NCBI GenBank assembly: GCA_043228905.1 | Contig: JBHGNT010000015.1 | Coordinates: 992,001 to 1,056,000 of the forward strand | Source of the DNA: Azolla caroliniana | Lineage: Eukaryota > Plantae > Polypodiophyta | Reading direction: 5' to 3' | DNA: 64,000 bases | Part shown: piece by piece, positions 1 through 13,054 of the stretch | How the letters are laid out: the number at the start of each line of letters is the position of its first letter | How positions within the stretch are numbered: position 1 is the stretch's first letter | Made by a program: the position numbers and the translations under genes | The notes under the pieces: generated by a model | What the model was told of the DNA's origin: nothing | Seen by the model: the letters and a program-made list of their open reading frames with translations, nothing else | Databases searched by the model: none

Positions 1-2407
1 CTGGCTTATGGGTCTTTCTCATCAAGACTCGAGAGGATAATTAGGTTTCTTTGGCATGCCTTTTATATGTCTAAGAGAGCATCTACTTCTAGGAAGTCTT
101 TAGTGTATGTGTGTGCAAGTTAAGGTCTCTTTATAAGGATGGATGATGCAACCAAATTATCACCTCTAATTGCTAGTCCAATAGGAATTAGACAAACACC
201 ATTCCTTAAGCTAATTCCCTATTTTAATTTTTAACATAGAATAAATTGATATATGACATTATGTGCTAAACAAGAATGTGAAAAGCATACACTTCATATG
301 CATTTATAGAATTTGATGTCCACTAAACTTAACAAACAACATTTCTCGTAATTCACCTTCCGAAACCCAACCTTAGAACACAATAGAATTGCTTCGAGTG
401 ATGATAATGCTTGTGATTGAATAATTGGGAATTAATCTTAATGATTGTACCGACACACTTTCTCCTCTCCCAGGCCTTCTCTTTACATCAACACACATGC
501 GTACTTGTAGACACACATTATATCTCATAAGAATAATTTCTTTAGGACTGCAATTATTCTTGTTGGTGGGATCTCCAAATGGGAAAAATGAGTGAGGCTT
601 TATATCGTACATAAGAATTATGTGAGTGGTAGTTATGAAGTTACACCGTGGCGTGAAGAAAAATTGTTGTGAGTAGCTAGTAGGTTTCCTAACATATCAT
701 CAAACCAACACAAGGTTACAATAGCACCTAAAGTCTCTCCTTAGGACACCTCTAATGTATGTACACGATACACTTGAGTTGAGTACCTCCTTGTTATATT
801 GTAAACAAAGTGCATCGAAAGGCTCGATCAAAGGCACTCAACCTCGATCATACTCAATCCAAAATTTAACGTTCATTTCTCCCTCCATCAACACATCCAC
901 AAATTCATTCACATACAAAACACAAGTCTATAGACTTGCGTGCGTATCTAAAAGAACTTAATTTTGATCGTTGTCCACCAAAATAAAAACACAATCAAGC
1001 TTACTATGGAACCACAATCAAGCCTAAAGTGAGTGGAACATAATCCAACTCCAATAATATGAAGTGATAAAACCATGAAGTATCATGCCCAAATGACCCA
1101 ACATATTCACCATCATCAACACATCTATGCAATCAATTCATAACTGAAAAACCAATTTTTATACATCACAATGATTATGCCTGTACCAAAGATCATAAAG
1201 CGAGACATTAACACTAAAAACCCACAACAGAATGCCATGCCATGGTATGTGGGCATGTGACATTAGGTTGCATGGCTATATGATGCACAAGCTTTCATTC
1301 ATGTCTTAAGACTGAGGAGCCATCCTTGACATTAACACTTCAAATTCCAGGGTTGAAGTGGGATGTTAAAAGCTATGGCATTCAAGCCATGTTTTGCCAA
1401 CTATCTAAGAGAAAATTGATTAGGTTAAGGTCATTTGGGCGATGGTTAGCTATAATGCAATTTGATATCATGACAATATGAGGCTTTTAATATAAGAAAT
1501 TATTAACACACACGAATTGGTGATGATGGATTTTTTTTGGTTAGTATGGCAGGGTTTCTCCCTTATGTGTTTTTGTAAATCATCAAAGGAAGCTATAGGA
1601 GTGACTTCATATCCAGAGAGTAATTTGTCCTCAAGGTTTGGTCACATTTGGTGACCAAGAGCCTAGAGGTGCTCAATTGTTCTGATGATTGATTTTTACA
1701 CACCACATTGTGAATGTTTAATCATTGATTTTACAACCCTTGCTAGAAAGAATCCACTATGTGAGGTACCCCCTTCACGAATCTGTCATTGCTACATATA
1801 ATTAATTAGAAAGGATTGTTTCATTCATTTTCAGATTTATGAGGTTGATTCGATATCACGTAAACAAAAAAGAAAAGAAAAAACAAATATACGAACTAAA
1901 ATTTGTTGCTAAGTGATCGATAAATGGAGAGATTAAGCTTGCAGTATATTCTGTGAGATTACTTTATGCCTTCACGTATTACAAAGAGGTTTGCTGTGTT
2001 ACGAAGGTATATATCCAGCTCAAATTAAGATGGATTGATTGCAAATTTTACAACTGTGAATTGATTTGTTATACTATAGATGATGGAGAAGTGTTGAGAT
2101 CCAATTGTGAGATTATTGAGATGAATTTTGTCCTAATATGCATTGATTTAGATTTAAAGCACAAAATAAAAATCCTGTTAATGTATGAGGAGGGATCATC
2201 GAAGGTCAATCCAGAGATTGTGATGGTCTGTTTTGGTGTCAAATTTTTTTGAGCTGAAATGCTTTTCAATTCTAAAGCATATGCACTTGAAATTACGATA
2301 ACTGACAGCATTCATTCCGATTTCTGTCAGGGCTGTGAATTCAATCGAAGAGGGAGATATGGAGATATATATTGATTATTGATTATGAGCTGCAGGATTA
2401 ATTTGAA

Positions 2408-3757
2408 TCATCTTCTGAGCGCAGTGGAAGTTACAGAGCGGGAATTGAAGTCGGCCATGTCCATCTCGATGGAGGGTTTGGTGCGCACTGCAGGGGCTGA
2501 TGGAGCTCTGCCTACTTGTCCTACAAGAGACATCTGTAGGGTTTCATCATCATTCTGATTCTTGCTGTTGCAGAGCCGTGCCATGATGACAGAAAGCTGG
2601 ATGCTATCTGCAAGTTTGATCCCAACTAGAGCCAATGCCATGGCGATGGCAAGGCCTGCGAGCGCGATACAAACAGCTGCAATCACGAATTTCGGGCTAA
2701 TACTGGCGGCAGATGAGGAGGAATTAGAAGAAGAAGAAGAAGAAGAAGAAGAAGATGATGATGATGATGATGAAGATGAAGGTGCTGCTTCTGATGATGG
2801 CGATGGCGATGGTGAAGTGGGAACTTGCGCAATTAGGGCAAAATCACCGAGCGTTTGAGTGGTGCAGTGATTAGGGAAAGAGGATAAGTTGGAGACGAAG
2901 ATGGATCCGTCAGGGGAGAAGAATGCACAGAGAGGAGCAGGATTGGATGGAAGAATGGAGGAGGAGGAGGAGTGGTGGTGTAATGGAAGAGTGACGCGAA
3001 TGGAAGTGTTGAAGGGGAGAGCGATGGGGAGGTATTGCAGAGGCGAAGACGAAGACGAAGACGAAGATGGAGATGGAGAAGAAGTGGCCATGGTGAAATA
3101 GAAAGGGAAGGCGAGCAGGCCGACAGGGGGGCCGAGGAATTGGAAGAGAGGCGGGAGAGTGTAGACAGTGAAGCCATGGATTTGACGGTAGAGGAGCAAG
3201 ACATGATCAAACGAAGCAGAAGCAGAATCAGAAGAAGCAGAAGCAGAAGCAGAAGAAGCAGAAGCAGGAGAGGAGGAGAAAGAAGCATTTGGAGGGATCA
3301 AGAATTCGCCGAAGCGAGTGACTGCAGGGATGAGAGATGAGTTTCCGCTGCCTCTGCCTCTGCCTGTGGTTCTGTGAAGGATTAGGGCTTTGGCACGGAT
3401 GCCCTTGAGGATGGAAGGGGGTAGGGTTAGGTCGAAGGCGGTGCCATCGCCATCGCCATCGCCATCGCCATGGCCAGGAGGCAGCCTGGACGCCAAGATC
3501 GCAGCGTATTTGAAGAGTGCGCTGTCCACTCCCCTCCTCCTCACCGCGTTCGCCTCCATGTTCGTCTCTGTGTTATTGATTAACCTCCCCATAACGCCAT
3601 CGCCATCGCCATCGCCATCACCTCCATCACCATCACCTCCATCAGTGGCATGGTTAGCAAAGGTCTTCTGAGCTTTCATGGCGTGATGAAGCTCTGCACC
3701 ACTCATGGGAGCTGGTAGTAGTACCAACAGGGCTACGATGATCATGGCTACCTGCAT
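2408..3757 (-). CDS. DUF1191-family plant single-pass membrane protein (signal peptide, TM helix), intronless, with low-complexity inserts
   Basis: 449-aa ORF with a hydrophobic N-terminus. DUF1191-like motifs recognised by eye: FDLTLPPSILKGI, EFLIP, VLLLY, PPVGLLAF, LCAFFSPDG, HCTTQTLGDFALI, TM segment FVIAAVCIALAGLAIAMALALVG, C-terminal ETLQMSLVG..RAPSAPAVRTKPSIE. Confidence 0.8.
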   Translation of the reverse strand: MQVAMIIVALLVLLPAPMSGAELHHAMKAQKTFANHATDGGDGDGGDGDGDGDGVMGRLINNTETNMEANAVRRRGVDSALFKYAAILASRLPPGHGDGDGDGDGTAFDLTLPPSILKGIRAKALILHRTTGRGRGSGNSSLIPAVTRFGEFLIPPNASFSSSPASASSASASASSDSASASFDHVLLLYRQIHGFTVYTLPPLFQFLGPPVGLLAFPFYFTMATSSPSPSSSSSSSSPLQYLPIALPFNTSIRVTLPLHHHSSSSSILPSNPAPLCAFFSPDGSIFVSNLSSFPNHCTTQTLGDFALIAQVPTSPSPSPSSEAAPSSSSSSSSSSSSSSSSSSNSSSSAASISPKFVIAAVCIALAGLAIAMALALVGIKLADSIQLSVIMARLCNSKNQNDDETLQMSLVGQVGRAPSAPAVRTKPSIEMDMADFNSRSVTSTALRR

Positions 3758-3849
3758 CGGTGCTGTCTGTAAGCCTCCTCTGCAGCTATTCTCGGTAGTA
3801 GATGCCTCCTCTGACAGATCTTCTGCTAAGCAGTGGGCCCAAGAAGAAG

Positions 3850-3955
3850 CAGAGACAGAGACAGAGACAGAGACAGAGACAGAGACAGAGACAGAGACAA
3901 GGAAGCCCCATGGGCCATGGCAACAATAGCATGAGAAGAAGAAGAAGAAGAAGAA
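3850..3955. repeat. (GAGACA)n and (GAA)n microsatellites in the 5' region of the DUF1191 gene
   Basis: Directly visible simple repeats. Confidence 0.9.
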
Positions 3956-4059
3956 GTTTGGTCCCTAGTGCCTAGTGACCACTTTAGTTTAGTACTAAAC
4001 CTTCCACAGTGTGAAACCTCCCTCCTTCTTTCACTTTTTTGCCCTTGCCTCTTCGGAAC

Positions 4060-4462
4060 TAAAAATCGGCAGAACCGAACCGCGAAACCGCCGCTTAACG
4101 GTTTCATGGGTTCGGTTCGGTTTTCAACTGTTAGAAACCGCGGTTTAAACGGTTTAACGGTTATTTTAATTTTTTATTTAAAAAATTGTTTTTAAACCAT
4201 TTTTTCATTTCTAGACCTTATTCTCACATTTTAGGAACATCTTCATAACAAAATTTTTAAATGAAATATTATAAATTTTAAAATTTTAAAATTTTAAATT
4301 TGACCTATGTTGAAAATCGAAACCGAACCATGAAACCACGGTTTTTATGGCGGTTTAACGGTTTCAAAAATGTTTTACGGTTCAATTTGGTTCAGGTTTC
4401 AAAAAGTTTAAACGGTTCGGTTTGGACCCTCTCAAACCGAACCGAACCGTTCCCGATTGTTA
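4060..4462. mobile_element. hAT-type non-autonomous element (MITE) with AACCG subterminal repeats
   Basis: TIRs TAAAAATCGGCA / TCCCGATTGTTA; 8-bp TSD TTCGGAAC (4052-4059) / TTGGGAAC (4463-4470). Same family as 15191-15691, in opposite orientation. Confidence 0.8.
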
Positions 4463-4881
4463 TTGGGAACCTCTCTTGGGTCTTAGTCTTCTTCTTCTTC
4501 TTCTTCGTAAACCTTGTCTCGGTAGTACGAAGCCACACACAGACACCTGATGTTTTGTTGCTCCGAAAAAGCACTCGCGAAAAGAGAATACTTGAACATC
4601 TGTAGCGAGATTGGTTTTTGTTGGAGCTAGAGATTCAATCAATCGTGTACACTTGATCAATCACCAAAGAGATTGCTTCAAGAAGAAGATGATGAAGAAG
4701 AACAAAGAATTCATCTATAGGTAGTTGGTCAAAGACAACCGTAGTTCATGTCATCCATAGGGTAATTTCGTGTTGCTTGTAGAGATTTAGCCTAAACCCT
4801 AAACCATATGATGACCAAAGTTGCTTGGCCAAAAGCAAGTTGCCCTCTAAACCGAAGTGGCGCGCTCTTTAGGAAAGTTGG

Positions 4882-5427
4882 TTTGAGGGAGAAAATGGTT
4901 GGTGGAAAGGTCAATTTGTTTCATTTCCATGGAAGAGGAGAGTACAAGCGGAGTTATCTAGCCTAAGCAAAGCATCAAATATATGTTTCGCTATCCATTA
5001 ACAATAGTGAAGCGTAATTTTTTTTCAGACCTAACCCTTAACCCTAAACTCCATAACCCATGTACTATATGAGGCGGCTTTCGGAACAAGACAATTCATG
5101 TTGCTTGTAGAAATTTACCCTCGTTTCTATACCAGAATATGACCCTGCACATTTTTGAGGGAGAAAAAGGTTGTTGGAAAGGTCAATTTGTTTCATTTCC
5201 ATGGAAGAGGAGAGTACGAGCGGAGTTATCTAGCCTAGGCAAAGCATCAGATATATGTTTCGCTATCCATTAACAACAATGAAGCGTAATTTTTTTTCAG
5301 ACCTAACCCTTAACCTTAAACTCCATAACCCATGTACTATATGAGGCGGTTTTTGGAACAAGACGTTTTGTCTTGCTTGTAGAAATTTACCCTCGTTTCT
5401 ATACCAGAATGTGACCATGCACATTTT
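4882..5427. repeat. Tandem duplication, about 272-bp unit x2
   Basis: TTTGAGGGAGAAAA...GCACATTTTT begins at 4882 and again at 5154, with few substitutions. Confidence 0.9.
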
Positions 5428-5622
5428 TCTATTTTTCAAAGGCCGATGATGCTATTCCCTGCCATCAACAGTTAGATGTCAACCCGTGGACATTGAGCTC
5501 TCTTACTTCTTTGCCATTGAGTTCTCCTTGACCTTTCAACCGCTCCTCCTTTGCCATCAACATATTGACATTTATGATACCCTCTCATTCACATATTCAC
5601 TCACTCATACACATGCATTTAT

Positions 5623-6348
5623 TTTTATTTTTTCCAAAAAAAGGTATCCATTCATTAGTGTACTATGTGAACAAATTATAAAGTTTTGATTCCTATGTGA
5701 TCGGCGAAGGAAACAACCATTTTGGTGGCTGAAAATGCCAAAAAGGAGTGGCATTCTACGAGGACATAAGTGGAATAGCTTTCTACAAAGTAAGAAACTA
5801 ATGGTGTTGAGCAACTTTATCATCATAATCTCCAATAATACAATCCTGATTCCCATCGACCCTTCAAAGTATGAACCATGTCCAACCAAATACTTTTTAC
5901 CAATTCAGTTGGTGAGGCTTTAACTTGATGAAAAATGAGAGAGCATCGAGCCTTCCAATATAATATAGTAGTACTATTGAATATCTCCCATAATGGTTGC
6001 ACCTCCTTCCTTATCCCGAAAATGTTCATAGACACTAATGGAAGTACACAAACACTTCTAAAGTTAGTGTGAAAACCATGGTCCATAGATTCAACGTCGT
6101 AATGGAAAATAGAGTGGACAAGCGACATTCAAACCACCATGCCCCATGTGAATACTGATGCAGGAAAGAAATTAGCAAATATTCTAAAGTGGCATTGCCA
6201 TACCAATTGAGGCTCAATGCAGTCCCTTAAACAATGTTTCTGAGTTTCATTTTGTAAATGACATTGAGCACAACTAAAGGAGACATCCATCTTATGCATC
6301 CATGTGTCAACAGGCAAGGCTTGATGCACAAATAACCAATGTACATGA
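5623..6348 (-). mobile_element. 5'-truncated L1-type LINE (zf-RVT end and 3' UTR)
   Basis: Minus-strand WLFVHQALPV..CAQCHLQNETQKHCLRDC resembles the LINE at 10300-10450; A-rich tail at about 5623-5632; 12-bp TSD ACATGCATTTAT at 5611-5622 and 6349-6360. Confidence 0.8.
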
Positions 6349-6359
6349 ACATGCATTTA

Positions 6360-6499
6360 TACATTTGTTCATACATGCATACACATAATTTCATTTATGC
6401 ACCCACGTCCATCCATTCATTTTCATACACACATTTATGCATGCATATAAACATTCATATCCACACATTCATTAATTCATATGTATGCATGCCTACATT

Positions 6500-6554
<55 letters not shown>

Positions 6555-7015
6555 TCATTCATTCACACACACACACACACAATTTTACATGCATACAATC
6601 ATATACATATATGCATACACGTACATGTAATCTTGCATGCAACATATAATCATGCACATAAAATCATTCAAAGATACATACTCATACAATTATACATGCA
6701 TGTATGCACACATGCATACGTGCATCCATATATTGTACAATGTATACACACACAAACACACAATTTTACATGCATACAATCATATACATATATGCATACA
6801 CGTACATGTAATCTTGCATGCAACACATAATCGTGCACATAAAATCATTCAAAGATACATACTCATACAATTATACATGCATGTATGCACACATACATAC
6901 ATGCATCCATATATTGTACAATGTACACATATACATATACAAATATGTACATATATAAATGCATAGCTACATACCTAGGTACACACACATACATAATATA
7001 ATCATATGTACACAT
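6360..7015. repeat. (CA)n/CATA-rich low-complexity tract with an internal about 181-bp tandem duplication
   Basis: (CA)n at 6506-6553; CACAATTTTACATGCATACAATC.. occurs at about 6578 and 6759. Confidence 0.85.
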
Positions 7016-7173
7016 GGACATTTATTATAGATAAACATGGAAATTGCCGTCTAATCAACATAGCCTCATAATGACACACCATTATCTTCTATAAAAAGAT
7101 TCCCATTAACAGATAATAAATAATGGCCATCATAATTAGAGCTTGATCAGAACATTGCCAAGGATACTTGAAC

Positions 7174-10100
7174 TAGCAATGGGCCCGGTTCGGTTTCTTG
7201 GCCTTGAAACCAAACCAAACCATTTATTAATAATAAAAACTGAACCAAACTGTTTAATTTTTTTGAAGTCATTTAAACTGAACTATTTAGAGCCGAACTG
7301 TTAAACCAAACCGTTTAAAGAATAGGAGAAACCAAACTGTTTACGAAAAATTTAAAACCAAACCAAACCATTTTTTATTGATATTAATCATCATACTTAT
7401 TATAAATTTGTGTGAGAAAAAGTAATGTTACATGATAGATAGTATAATCAAGTGACAGATATTTGGCAGAACAAAGATAATATGGATGTTCCCATTACAA
7501 TCAAAGTGGCTTGTGCTTTGATGGAGATATCACAATATTTTGCGTTAAAATCAAGATCTGAATATATGGAATATCAGGAGAAGGAAAGAAGGATGAGGGC
7601 AAGATTGATATCTTTGCAAAGATTGTAATAGGGTCGGCCAGAGTGTGCATGGATAGCTTCACATCTTGAAGAAGCCCGAAAACAAGTTCAACATATGGAA
7701 GAATGTCATAGTCAATTTCGGTATCACAATTATGCTTTAAGATGGACGCAAATTGGGGATAGATGTACAAAACAATTTTTTAATATTAAAGGCCCCAAGA
7801 GAGTCTCTAATGTAACTTGTTGTTTGCGGAATGAAAATGGCGAACTTGAAATGGATCCAAATGTTGTACGGGAAATTGCCACAAAATTCTATGCTACCCT
7901 TTTGTCAGAAGAGCCTATCTCTAAGGATATCAACCAAAATAGAATGAAGGTCTAGGCGGAAATTCAACCCAAGGTTACTCAAGCAATGTAAGATTCATTG
8001 ATGTCACATATTACAGAATTGGAGTTGGAACAAGCGTTGCACTCTTTATCGGACAATAGTTGTCCTGGAGTGGATGGACTTACACCTAAATTCTACAAGA
8101 AATATTGGGGGATACTGAAGAAAGACTTAAAAGATGCTTACCAACATATGTTTGAAAGTGGAGAGATGCCCATGTCGTTATCTAAGGGGATTATTTATCT
8201 TATACCTAAAACAGAAGGGGTTTCAGAAGATATTCGTAAGTGGAGGCCAATCACCCTCTTGAATACTAGTTATAAACTGTTTGCTAAGTTGCTTAGTTCT
8301 CGGTTACAAGAGGTATTACCAAAGATAATTCATGTACCACAAACTGGTTTTATGAGGGAAAGGAGTATTATGGATAATGTTTTTACATTTTGGGAGGCTA
8401 TTGCAATAGCAGTAAAAAACAAACAAAACCTAGTTGTGTTGCTTTTAGATTTTGAGAAAGCATATGATAGGGTTGACTGGAATTTTTTGGAAGGTACTAT
8501 GCATAAGTTGGGCTTCAACACGACATGGATTAAGGGTGTTTCTTGTCTTTATAGAAATGCACATAGTCAGGTGGTGTTGGCAGGTGGAGTAGGACCTCGG
8601 TTTAACATTACTCGATCCGTCCACCAAGGATGTCCACTTGCACCATTTTTGTTCCTTTTGTTTGCAGAAGCAATGCATGTATTTATATCATCACAATCTA
8701 TAGGCTTGTGTGGTTTGGCAATGCCAATGCATGGACAAGATATATTGGACTCGGAATTTGCAGATGATACTGCATTATATGTGGATGAGACTCTAACGAA
8801 TTTGCAACTAGTACAAGGGGCTTTGTCACAGTTTTGTATAACGTCTCGAGCTAAGTTAAATTGGGAGAAAACTGTTGCATTTTGGGTGAGTAAGGAACTG
8901 CCGCCTTGTTGGGCACCGCATCATACTTTCCAGTGGACTCAAAGAGGAGTTGTGGTTCGATATCTTGGAGTGCAAGTTGCGATTGATTTGGTTCCAAAAT
9001 TACATGCTGCACCATTACTATTAACTTTGAGGAAAAAGTTATTCTTGTGGAGCCATGCTAAACTATCTTTGGTTGGTAGAGTGATAGTTGTCAACCATGT
9101 GCTACTATCCACAGTGTGGTATATAGCCTCATCTTGGATCTTTTCAAAATCATGCATTGGACAAATTCGAAGGTTGGTTAGGAATTTTATTTGGGTTGGG
9201 GGGGATAAGAGTCATGTAAGACCGAAGGTGGCTTGGAGTACACTGATAACCCCAAAGCAATATAGTGGTCTAGGGATTATAGATCTAATAGACCAATGCA
9301 TGGCCTTGTTAGCAAAGCTAATAGTTCGTGTCCTTTTACCAGGACATGCTCCTTGGAAGCAATTGCTTATGCAAAGATTGTATCGTTGTGCTCCGCCGAT
9401 GGGTGGATTATGGGCTGATAGCATAAGGTGGATCTTTATACCAGACAAGAAACATGTTATGACTAGGAACTAGGACGACAAATTTTTTAATGGTCTTCTA
9501 CGAGCATGGGAGCATGTACATAAAGGGTTGGAACATGGTGTACCAACATCTGAGGAGGAATACTTGAGACAAAACTTAGTGTGGAATTCGAATATGCGTT
9601 TGCCCTTAGGGCACATGTTGGGGTCCCGTACGCGATTGTATTGGGCCAAGCTCGATGTAGGGCCAGGAGCGTTTGTTGTTGCATGGAAATCATTTCATAC
9701 TCTGAATATAAATGACAGATCAAAATTCTGGTCTTCCTTGAGAGGGGACTTGATTATGTGGGACCAAGTGCAGTCGGTTTTGGGGCACTCAGCCTCTACG
9801 GTATGGTCCTTTAATCCTCCCAAGTGGGAAGGAGCATTTACGAGGCTTCAAGTGCTAGTGGGGGTAAGGGGACATTTGTCTTGCGGACGATGTCAAGACT
9901 ATGATGTGGAGGAAGATGGCAGTATATGTAGAGCAACGATACAAACAAAGATCTTGCAATATGCTACATTTTCTAAAATAAGGGTCCTTGCTTATGATGG
10001 ATCTAAGTGGATCATCGACCCACAAGTTGAGGCAGTCAAGGAGCATTGGAAATTGAGAGTTTTTGAAAAGAAACCTTTGATAAGGTTGCAATGGGATCCG

Positions 10101-11495
10101 TGAGAATTTTGGTGGAAAGATCTGTTTGATTGTGCGGAAAAAGGTGTGGTTTTTTTCCGTACTTAGTTAAGATTGGACGACACATTTTGGCAACTCAACG
10201 TAGGACTGCACCACGAGCTAGTCAATTTTGGACCCACCAAGGGAACACATCCGAATTCCTAACAAAGTTTTGGAGAACATTATGGAAAAGGAAGCAAGAT
10301 ATGAAAATAAATGTCTTCCAATGGCTAGTAATACATAGAGCATTACCAGTTGGCCAATGGCTGCAACAATCAGCTGCACTGACCGCATGCATCTATTGTA
10401 GTTGTCAGATGGAGACATTGAAACATTACTTGTGGGAATGTCATGTTGCACAACAAGTTTGGAGACGAGTGTTCCGAGTTCTTGCTTGTATGTTTAGGGA
10501 TTGCAGTATTTCGTGGGGTATGGTAGTATGGGATATAGTGGCACAAGTGATGTGGCCATATGAGGCATGCCCAAATGACACAATTATTAGAATTCAAAGA
10601 GGATGATAATGGTGGTGCAACAAAGTCAAATGGAGGTTCATTACATGTTAAAGACAATGCAAGAAGTATGGGAGCTACTATGCACCACCACAATGTGGTT
10701 TATTTGGATTGTTAGGTGTTCTAAGGTGTTTGGTAATACTACTGTTCATCCAGTGGAAAGTGTACGAAATGTTTGGATGGAGATGGTACATACCTTGCAA
10801 GGGTGGTATGAGGATATTAAAGGTGAGACAAATGATGCAGTGTTGTAACGTCTCGAATTTATTGCCTATTGGAAGAAGGCCCCTTTTCTCATAGTACAAA
10901 ATTCAAGACCTAAATGGTTCTTAGCACCACCAGTATGGTTGTTCCCACCACCATGGTTGTTCCCACCACCAATCACATAACTTGGTTAAGGAGTGGTGGA
11001 GTGTTCATACTACTTATCCTTGAGGGATGGGACCTAAGGAAGAATGCACCAAATCAATGGTAGCTTGATGGTAGGTCAGTTTTTATTGTAATAATTGTTC
11101 ATAACTAATTAAATGATATTTTTCCAAGAAAATAAAATAAAATTTGTGTGAGAAAATCATCATAAATTTTGTCATCATACTTATCATAAATGAAAAGGAA
11201 ACTCTACCATATAATGCATATAAAATTTAATAAGTTAAAACTAGAGTTTAAAATTAAAAGTTCAAAGTTTATGAGTATTTTTTAACCTATAAACCTTTAA
11301 ACCAAACCACAGAAACAGAAACCAATAAGCCGATAAACCGCGAAACCTCTAAACCGGTAAATTTAAAACCGAACCGAAATTGATTAGTAACATTTGAAAC
11401 CAAACCAAACCGTTTATTTATCTTCGAACCTATAAACCGTTAAGCCACGATTTATCGGTTTAGTTCGGTTTGAGCCGAAATCGAGCCCATTGCTA
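7174..11495. mobile_element. hAT-type MITE split by a LINE insertion
   Basis: TIR TAGCAATGGGC(C/T)CG at 7174 with its reverse complement ending at 11495; AACCG/AAACC subterminal repeats at both ends. TSD is imperfect (GATACTT[GAA]C vs GATACTTC). Confidence 0.75.
7421..11139 (+). mobile_element. L1-clade LINE, 5'-truncated, disrupted ORF2 (RT and zf-RVT)
   Basis: ORF pieces 7695-7955, 7998-9473 (CPGVDG, WRPITLLN, LDFEKAYDRV, QGCPLAP, EFADD), 9528-10103 and 10130-10606 (CxxC..ETLKHYLWEC); A-rich tail; 17-bp TSD AAATTTGTGTGAGAAAA at 7404-7420 and 11140-11156. Confidence 0.92.
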
Positions 11496-11759
11496 GATAC
11501 TTCGTCAAAATTTCTTCCCCAACACATAATAATATATATTTGTTATTTTTTGGAATAAAGTCAGGAGGCCTCTACGACTTATCTACACGTGGGCCATGTT
11601 TCATGCTTGGGAACAAGTTGCATAAAAGGGTTTAAAGCCCATTTTGTAACCTTAATTCTTTTAATAAGTTATTTCTTGTTCGTTTTTTTTTATATTTTAT
11701 TATTGGTTTGTATTAATTGTTTAATTTAAATGCAAAGAAAAGATTATGGTTGTGCAATG

Positions 11760-12250
11760 TTATGAAGTGTTCTATAGTTTTGAACACATGCAAAGTGAGG
11801 GGCTTTCTCTAGATGTAGTCAACTTCATTTGTACATTGAAGGCTTGTAGAACCACAAAAACAATGCACATAGGATAGCAAATTCACGATAGAATCATGAG
11901 TATGCAGTTACTAGAGGGGGATATTGTACTTGGTACCACCTTGGTGGATATGTGTCAAATGTGGGATGCTTGCAAAAGCAAAGAAAGCGTTGAAAGGGCT
12001 TCTTGATTGAAATATTGTCTCTTGGAACGTGCTCATTGTTGGGTATATTAAGCATAATCAAGTTCATGAAGCTTTAGTTCCTTCAAGTAGATGCAAAATG
12101 AGAGCCTTTCCCCATACATTATCACCTTCATATGCATCTTGAAGGCTCGTGGTTGCCCAAGAGAAATAGAAAAAGGTATTAGGATATGTAATAATCATTG
12201 TAATTGTGGACTATTTTAATACCAATGGAGGATATTTAAAAAAGAAGAAG
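11760..12250 (+). pseudogene. PLS-class pentatricopeptide repeat (PPR) fragment with stops and frameshifts
   Basis: Manual translation: FEHMQSEGLSLDVVNFICTLKAC..G*QIHDRI..LLEGDIVLGTTLVDM/KCGMLAKA..D*NIVSWNVLIVGY..HEAL/FK*MQNESLSP..ITFICILKA. These are typical P-L-S motifs. Not present in the ORF track. Confidence 0.85.
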
Positions 12251-13054
12251 AAGATTATGGTTATGCATTGACAACAATTGAGCAAACAAGATTGTCACAT
12301 ATATAGAGACTACAAATATTTGATGATGTAATGTTTCAAGTGTTTTCAAACATTTCGTCTCCTTAGTAACGTTTTGGTTTCTAAGTGATTTCTTATATTT
12401 TTTATTTCTAAGCATGTATGAAATTCATGGTAAAAACATGTATGAACTCAATTGAGATGAACGATTGACCAAGGTATTTAGGAATCTCTCCAATGATAGA
12501 TGGGAAGAGAATGAGAAATCGTCATTAGAGAATGATATGTTTAAGCATTTGACTTATATACAATGCATTTTTTGTAAAACTTAATAAAACATGACTTAAT
12601 TAGTAAGGAGGAAATAGGTAGATTGTATGTTATGAATTTGTTGGCATGAAAGTGTATTTAGGGAAGTGTAAAGATTTGCAATGGTGTGCAAGTGGGAAAC
12701 TTAGGCATAATATCAAGGTTGCAAGCTTGATGTTGGTCATCGAAAATGAACAGTGGCACTTGTGACAACAATAGTTACATTGTAGGATGTTGGACGTTGT
12801 TCGCCCTTTTCCTTTCGTCTTTTCCCTATTGATTAGTGAAGACCGGAAGACATCGGGCGAGCGACGACGGGGGTGGAAAAGGCGAGAAAAAGGAGCGAAG
12901 GCTGGTTCGACTGGACACATCGACTCCGGTTGTAGAAAATTGAGGAAGGTGGTTGGGTGCTGGTCTACGATAGCAACCCAAACAACCAACAACGTTCGAA
13001 CCGGAAGTTCACATGACGATGGTTTGGCCTTACGTGGTGACGAGCGCAAACGAC

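Noticed and set aside
1300-1390. Possible second hammerhead (CTGAGGA followed by a hairpin)
   Set aside because: The GAAA core reads TAAAA and stems I and III do not pair convincingly.
6339-6966. His/Thr-rich ORFs (also Tyr/Leu/Phe/Ile-rich ORFs at 62248-63163)
   Set aside because: Translations of (CA)n, (TATG)n and (TAAA)n simple repeats.
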